A program made the position numbers and the translations under genes. Below the pieces are notes generated by a model that ran no database searches, had not been told where the DNA came from, and was given only the letters and a program-made list of their open reading frames with translations. A DNA stretch of 64,000 bases from an uncultured Anaerolineaceae bacterium. GTDB taxonomy: Bacteria > Chloroflexota > Anaerolineae > Anaerolineales > E44-bin32. Position 1 is the stretch's first letter. Every line of letters starts with the position of its first letter. The DNA lies in assembly GCA_964475265.1 (NCBI GenBank), contig CAYYVY010000007.1, forward strand, positions 2,985 to 66,984, given 5' to 3'. Positions 59,099 to 64,000 of this stretch are shown here, one piece after another.

Positions 59099-59449
59099 CT
59101 CGGCTGATCTCCAGTATTTCGAATATTCAAGCAATTTCTTCCAAATCCAGCATACTCCAATATCGCCGCCGTAAAAAGTTTTTGCACAGCAGAGGTCGTA
59201 CGTCTATCGAATATAACAACCCATATGTTTAGGAATTAAACAGACATCCTTAACAGGTTATTAACACACTTCTGGAAAAATCGGTTGACGAAAAGAGAAT
59301 GCGGAACCGCCAAATCGAGTCCAGCATGAATTTTTGAGCTGGCATCGTCCTGAATCGCGGAATGGCAGAACACCAGCGCTCATGACCAAATACTCATAGC
59401 GGTCTCGTAACGATATAGATGATAATACGGATTGTGTCCAAGGTGGAAA

Positions 59450-60091
59450 ATGGTTGCAGAGAAAAAGGTAGATTTCGATCAGGTAATATTTTCGAATAAC
59501 CACGTTCAGACCAACGCAAGCTTCATCAGCGCAGGCTGGGTGTCTGCGGGATTCATCGCGCAGCAATTGGCCAAAGAGGGAGCAGGCGTAGGAATTCTCT
59601 TCGACGACGCCTGCCTGCACCTCATCGCCTTGAATTACCTGCTGCACAACATGGGTTTCTTCAAAAGTGCGCAACATGGCGCCTTCGATCTCAAAATCTC
59701 CCTCGAAACCTTGCTTTCGGCTTGGCAATCCGAATGTAAAGAGATTGTCGAGGTCGCCCTACCGGATTACGTTCCCGTGGAGCAGTACTTCCGCATCATG
59801 GAAGCAACGGCGCTTCTTGGTTCGTATTGGCATTTTACGCAAGAATACCAACACAACACGACCCCGCAAATTGGCATCGTGCGCGGCATGAGTATGATTT
59901 ACCCCTCGTTATGGCTGCTCACCTTTCAGTGGTTCGGAAGGCGAGACCTCGTCCATTTCGACCGCCAGGACTTCTCCAACCTGAAAATTGCAGATACGTC
60001 TTTCACCGACACCGATCATCAAAATGTTGTCCTCTTGCCTTACCCTCCCCGTTTGCCCCTTTCCTCACGTGCAACTCCCATAAGCGGCTGA
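59450..60091 (+). CDS. Hypothetical protein (orphan)
   Basis: 213-aa ORF. The ATG follows an AAGGTGGA ribosome-binding site. This is the only plus-strand ORF in this stretch, it sits in a lower-GC patch, and it has no recognised motif. A competing minus-strand ORF (59261..59728) looks less protein-like. Confidence 0.4.
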   Translation: MVAEKKVDFDQVIFSNNHVQTNASFISAGWVSAGFIAQQLAKEGAGVGILFDDACLHLIALNYLLHNMGFFKSAQHGAFDLKISLETLLSAWQSECKEIVEVALPDYVPVEQYFRIMEATALLGSYWHFTQEYQHNTTPQIGIVRGMSMIYPSLWLLTFQWFGRRDLVHFDRQDFSNLKIADTSFTDTDHQNVVLLPYPPRLPLSSRATPISG

Positions 60092-60148
60092 TCCCACGGT
60101 CAACGATTCCAGACGAATTTCCTGCAGCGGATCGATTGTAAAGCGTGC

Positions 60149-60178
60149 TTGACATTGTGACTCTAACTGTGCTATACT
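60149..60178 (+). promoter_or_regulatory. Sigma70-type promoter of the XRE operon
   Basis: -35 TTGACA (60149..60154), 18-nt spacer, -10 TATACT (60173..60178). Confidence 0.6.
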
Positions 60179-60184
60179 TCGCAT

Positions 60185-60200
60185 GTAAAGTTCGCTTTAC
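60185..60200. promoter_or_regulatory. Inverted repeat GTAAAG-N4-CTTTAC at the predicted transcript start (candidate XRE operator)
   Basis: A perfect 6-bp inverted repeat lies at 60185..60200. A third GTAAAG lies at 60138..60143, just upstream of the -35. Confidence 0.35.
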
Positions 60201-60218
60201 TTAGCGGAAAGGGACACA

Positions 60219-60431
60219 ATGGCGGACATAGTGCTGAATCGGATCAAGGAATGCCGTCTTCAACACGAACTCACCCAAGAGGATCTGGCTGCCGCAGTTG
60301 GTGTATCGCGACAGAGCATCAACGCTATTGAGCGCGGCCGTTATATTCCCAGCTTGCCTTTGGCGCTGCGATTCGCCCGCTTGTTCAAGATCCCGATGGA
60401 CGAGTTATTTCAACTCCAGGAGGAAGCCTAA
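60219..60431 (+). CDS. XRE-family helix-turn-helix regulator
   Basis: 70 aa containing 'LTQEDLAAAVGVSRQSINAIERGRYIPSLPLALRFARLF'. Confidence 0.85.
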   Translation: MADIVLNRIKECRLQHELTQEDLAAAVGVSRQSINAIERGRYIPSLPLALRFARLFKIPMDELFQLQEEA

Positions 60432-60432
60432 A

Positions 60433-60666
60433 ATGGCAGAATATCTAAGTGCGATCGTTAATTTCTTCAAACCCGACGAACGTTTCATCATGCACCGCTA
60501 CCGGTCGTCCCGCATCGCATTGATCGTGATGGTGGCGATGATGGCCGTGTGGCTCGAGTACGAATATTTCGTCAACGATCAGATGCGCTGGGATCTGTTC
60601 ATCATCCTCAGCGCATCCGCGATCGTAAAATTGGGCTCGATGATTTATTACCGGCTCACACTATAA
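60433..60666 (+). CDS. Small 2-TM membrane protein coupled to the XRE gene
   Basis: The ATG lies 1 nt after the XRE stop. 77 aa with two hydrophobic helices. Confidence 0.6.
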   Translation: MAEYLSAIVNFFKPDERFIMHRYRSSRIALIVMVAMMAVWLEYEYFVNDQMRWDLFIILSASAIVKLGSMIYYRLTL

Positions 60667-60670
60667 CTCG

Positions 60671-61444
60671 CTACGGTGTACACTCCGGGGGCGGCGTGCC
60701 GCTGTAGGTCGGATTGATCGCTGATCCGGTCTGCACGAAGGTTGCGCCGTCCCATGTGTATTCGAGGAACTGGCGATTGCAGGGGCAGCAATTTGGTTCC
60801 CCATACAGATAGAGCGACTCTTCCATCACAATCGTGTCGCCAACCTTACTCCAAGATCCATGGACCCCGTCATCGGTGTAAACGTTCGTCAAACCGGCAC
60901 CGTTCCATACGTAGATTTTGAGCAGTAAAACCGCACCCGAACCATCATACACTTCGGGGATGATCACCAGCTTCTGACAGCCAAGGAATTCGTAATATCC
61001 GGCCTCATCCTGGATTTGCTTGATCATCGGATCGCCGCCGGCATAATTCCAGACGTTCAGCCAAGAAGCGCCGTCCCAATTGTCCACGGAGACGGTTTTG
61101 CCCGCCGCACCACCATCGGTAATACGAACGCGCTGATACGTACCGTCACAATTCAAACTCACGCCGCCAGGCGGTGGCGAATCGGTAGAAGTTGGTGTTG
61201 GGCTGCCGGGCGATTCCGTATGCGTTGGGGTTGGTACCTCAACAGTGGGCGTTGCTGTATCCGATGTAGCCACTGCAATCGTCTCGAGTGCGAAAGCGGT
61301 CTGCGTGGCGGCAACGCTCGTGGCCACTATATCCTCATTTTCGGGTTCCGGCGTCGGCGTCGACGTCGGCAATCCGCATGCTATGCTTGCGCCTACGAGC
61401 AAGACAAGTACGATGATCGGAATTCGGAGCGTAAGTAGTTTCAT
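60671..61444 (-). CDS. Hypothetical lipoprotein with Pro/Thr-rich linker
   Basis: Lipobox 'ASIAC' is followed by a PT-rich low-complexity stretch and a Cys-containing globular domain. Confidence 0.6.
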   Translation of the reverse strand: MKLLTLRIPIIVLVLLVGASIACGLPTSTPTPEPENEDIVATSVAATQTAFALETIAVATSDTATPTVEVPTPTHTESPGSPTPTSTDSPPPGGVSLNCDGTYQRVRITDGGAAGKTVSVDNWDGASWLNVWNYAGGDPMIKQIQDEAGYYEFLGCQKLVIIPEVYDGSGAVLLLKIYVWNGAGLTNVYTDDGVHGSWSKVGDTIVMEESLYLYGEPNCCPCNRQFLEYTWDGATFVQTGSAINPTYSGTPPPECTP

Positions 61445-61535
61445 GCTGCCTCCTCACCATTATTAACGAACAAGTGAATTGAATGTGACAATGGACACTC
61501 TCAACCCTGCGAACGGCAAAGACCGCTCGTGCGTC

Positions 61536-62111
61536 TCAATGCCGCTCAGCCGCCCCTGACAGACGTGTCTTCCACAGGAGAAAAATGGCAGCCAGTACGA
61601 TGTACAGGATGCCGACGGCCACGATGACAAATTTCGGGAAAGCGCACCAGCGGGCGATTGCCGGCCAATAAGCACGCTCGCTTCCCAACAACACACGGAT
61701 CAGGGCGTAGTTCTCCAGTGAATCCAGCAGCCCTGCGCCGAGCTGCGCCCAGGCCAGGATCAATCCGAGAGAAGAAAGAATCCGGGAACGGGAAGACAGC
61801 GCATTGGAAATCAGCACGCAGCCCAGTCCGATACAGAGTGCATAGGAAAATAGAAAGAGACAATCGAGGCCCAGATTCAAGCCTGCGAATGCCTGACCCT
61901 GCTGACCCCAGGATGCGACAATCGCATCAGCCTTCTGCAGAGTTCCTGCAAATTCAAAAGCCACGATCCCCGACGGCGCTACCGCCGTCCGCAATGGTCC
62001 GCCCAGGGCCTGCAGGCTGATCCCTACGAGCAGCGTCAGAATCAAGAGAGCAAAGAACGCGGGTTTTTGTGCTTGAACCGCAATCCAACCGAAGGGACTT
62101 CTCGCATTCAT
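61536..62111 (-). CDS. Hypothetical multi-TM membrane protein
   Basis: 191-aa hydrophobic ORF with no recognised motif. Confidence 0.5.
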   Translation of the reverse strand: MNARSPFGWIAVQAQKPAFFALLILTLLVGISLQALGGPLRTAVAPSGIVAFEFAGTLQKADAIVASWGQQGQAFAGLNLGLDCLFLFSYALCIGLGCVLISNALSSRSRILSSLGLILAWAQLGAGLLDSLENYALIRVLLGSERAYWPAIARWCAFPKFVIVAVGILYIVLAAIFLLWKTRLSGAAERH

Positions 62112-62204
62112 TGTTTACACCTCCCTATTCGAATTTCTTCCTGGCCCCCGGCCGTAAAATATGCAGCAATGAATTTACACCGGACGGAATCGACCAACGT
62201 GGCA

Positions 62205-62816
62205 TCATCTCCGTCGATACGTTATCACAAATCGCCGCACCGGCGGCGTCTCTTCGTCCATGAAATCCTGGAAAGCTTGCTCCTCCAGGCCATGCAACAC
62301 GAATTCCCCGAGCTCCTCCCGCGTGAGCGGCCAGGGCGAATTCCCGGGCGGATCGACGCCGTCCCTGCCGCGGGCAATGAGCAGCAACGTTCCGCCAGGC
62401 GCCACGAGGGCAGCGACCGATGAGATTGCCTGTTGGCGGAGCTGTGCCGGCAGCACCTGCAGCGTGTAAGATTCGAGCACTATGTCGAAAGCGTCTTGCC
62501 ATTCTGAGGCGATTTGAAACAAATCCGCCACGACATATTCCACACTGGAATTGGGAAATCGACTTCGACACCACTGGATAGCCGTGGGAGAAACGTCGAA
62601 AGCATTAGTCATGAAACCCCGGCGCACCAGTTCCTCGGCATCGTCTCCCAATCCACATCCGACAACTACGGCCCGTTTCCCGGCGCCTTTTGAATCAATC
62701 GCCTCCAGCCAACGGACCAAATTCGGGTTCGGAACGAGATCCGCCCAGGAAATGCCCGTCGGATCTCCCTTCGCCCGGGCATAGATTGCCTCGAAACTGT
62801 TCAAGGAATTCTCCAC
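62205..62816 (-). CDS. Class I SAM-dependent methyltransferase
   Basis: Motif I 'VVVGCGLGDDAEEL' and 'LLLIARG' are present. The start codon is GTG. Confidence 0.8.
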   Translation of the reverse strand: MENSLNSFEAIYARAKGDPTGISWADLVPNPNLVRWLEAIDSKGAGKRAVVVGCGLGDDAEELVRRGFMTNAFDVSPTAIQWCRSRFPNSSVEYVVADLFQIASEWQDAFDIVLESYTLQVLPAQLRQQAISSVAALVAPGGTLLLIARGRDGVDPPGNSPWPLTREELGEFVLHGLEEQAFQDFMDEETPPVRRFVITYRRR

Positions 62817-62936
62817 GAGGTCTTCGCCGTCATCAGCAACTTCAAATTTGCCTAAAAATACGCTCAGCAGAACCTGGGAATTGAATCTGCGGCGCGAGTC
62901 TAGGCGATTGTAACCACATAGGGAGAAGACGCAAGC

Positions 62937-62981
62937 ATAAAAACACGATCCACTTCGATGCTGAGATCCGAAGTGGATCGT
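62937..62981 (-). terminator. Rho-independent terminator
   Basis: A perfect 13-bp stem, ACGATCCACTTCG (62945..62957) pairing with CGAAGTGGATCGT (62969..62981), with an 11-nt loop. On the minus strand it is followed by GTTTTTAT. It lies 28 nt downstream of the stop at 63009. Confidence 0.75.
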
Positions 62982-63008
62982 GGAGATTTTCGCGCAGGAC
63001 CTCTGGAG

Positions 63009-63692
63009 TTACCAGATCCCCGGCAGCAAGCGGTAGCGTACTCGACCGGCGTAATCCTTGTAGCCGTCGAGCTCGTTTTGTAGATCCCGATCCTCGAACG
63101 CCGTCCGCACCACGAACAACCCCGCATTCAACACCCCAAGCAGGAAAGCCCACCAGGAAGCCAACAGCAGCGGCAGCGTCAATTCGTACAAGATCGAACC
63201 CACGTATCCCGGATGGCGCACGAAACGATACGGCCCGCCGCTGGCGACGGCGTGTTCACGCTCGGTTTGGATGCGTACGATCTGCGAGAAATAGGCGTTC
63301 GAACCCGTCGCCCATACCACCAACACGTAACCGATCACGCCAACCACCAAGGCAACGATTTGCAGCGTCGGAGAGAACTCACCCGTCCAGCCATGGCGCT
63401 GATCGAGTCCGGCGACGACCAGGCGAGCTAAAGTCGCCAGGCCAACCACCCCCATGATGGCCGTGTCCCAGGATTTACCGCCCTTACGGGGACCCAGGCG
63501 TTCGGCCAGCAGATCGGGATTGGTACGCATGATTACCACGCCCGTCGCCACAGTCCACAAGAAGGTTATCGCCACCACTGCCCAGGCAGGCCACTAGGCA
63601 AGCGTCCCGGCTGACCAGAACAGTGCCACGCCGACGATTATCGTTCCCATCGTTTCACGAATGCAAAAGCGCAACAACAGTTTATCTTTCAT
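63009..63692 (-). pseudogene. ICMT-family methyltransferase interrupted by one in-frame TAG (codon 33, at 63594..63596)
   Basis: Read by hand, the sequence is ATG(63692) MKDKLLLRFCIRETMGTIIVGVALFWSAGTLA-TAG-WPAWAVVAITFLW..., continuing in frame into track ORF 63009..63578. That ORF carries 'GGPYRFVRHPGYVGSILYE'. Confidence 0.6.
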
Positions 63693-63735
63693 TGAATCCA
63701 TCTCCCGGATACAGCACGACGATCTCTGGTCAACC

Positions 63736-63978
63736 CTAGTTGGCGAAGATGATTTCCAGTAATGTGCCCAGATCGTCGGAACCTTCGAGCGTTTTCAAAT
63801 TGTATATTTCGGTATAGCCACATTTTCGACACGAAACATAGGCATAGCTGTAGAGTTGAATTTCAAAAAGTCGAGAAATCCCGGTACCCGACATGGCCAA
63901 ACGCTCGACGTGGCCTCCGTGGCTGCCGCATTTTTCACACACGAATGCTTCACCTAACTGTACTTCGCTGTTCGCCAT
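63736..63978 (-). CDS. Zinc-ribbon protein
   Basis: Two CxxC pairs ('CEKCG', 'CRKCG') are present. The ATG at 63978 follows an AAGGAAGG ribosome-binding site. Confidence 0.6.
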   Translation of the reverse strand: MANSEVQLGEAFVCEKCGSHGGHVERLAMSGTGISRLFEIQLYSYAYVSCRKCGYTEIYNLKTLEGSDDLGTLLEIIFAN

Positions 63979-64000
63979 TGATGCACCTTCCTTCACCGCT

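Overview
This is a 64 kb stretch of a fairly GC-rich bacterial chromosome, about mid-50s % GC by eye. It is densely coding. I found no rRNA, tRNA, CRISPR array, transposase or integrase. A Chloroflexota-like, monoderm-type organism is my guess only.

Gene layout:
- 1.4-14.2 kb is a plus-strand block. It holds CGNR and PadR regulators, a BtuF/FecB-type ABC importer with a coupled P-loop NTPase, DegV, several DUF membrane proteins, a pyrimidine-dimer glycosylase and a DUF2723 GT-C-like protein.
- From 14.3 to 59.1 kb every intact gene lies on the minus strand.
- 14.3-26.9 kb is a complete, secretin-less type IV pilus operon (pilB, pilC, two pseudopilins, a six-bladed Kelch-like propeller protein, pilN/O-like genes, pilM, pilD, pilT, major pilin). 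Upstream of it sits a signalling module: FHA-GGDEF, an excisionase-type HTH and a sensor-less hybrid kinase/receiver.
- 27-31 kb holds bioY and a decayed patch.
- 31.3-45.4 kb is a complete de novo purine operon with unusual domain fusions, followed by guaB.
- Upstream of the purine operon is a SAM-I riboswitch-controlled transsulfuration gene.
- The remainder encodes UbiA/HAD/SRPBCC proteins, secreted lipoproteins, an aminoglycoside-kinase-like/class-III-aminotransferase fusion with a coupled GNAT, a sulfatase-like membrane protein, ICMT-type methyltransferases and an XRE module.

Most noteworthy observations:
- The pilus-embedded beta-propeller protein.
- The eukaryote-like purine gene architecture: a PurD-PurM fusion followed by purN, a class-II-like PurE after purC with no purK in the window, and a PurS-PurS-PurL fusion.
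- The kinase/phospho-lyase-like fusion.
- Two otherwise intact genes that are each interrupted by a single in-frame TAG.
- A junction where two 5'-truncated gene fragments abut.

All functional calls rest on motif recognition by eye. No database search was run.
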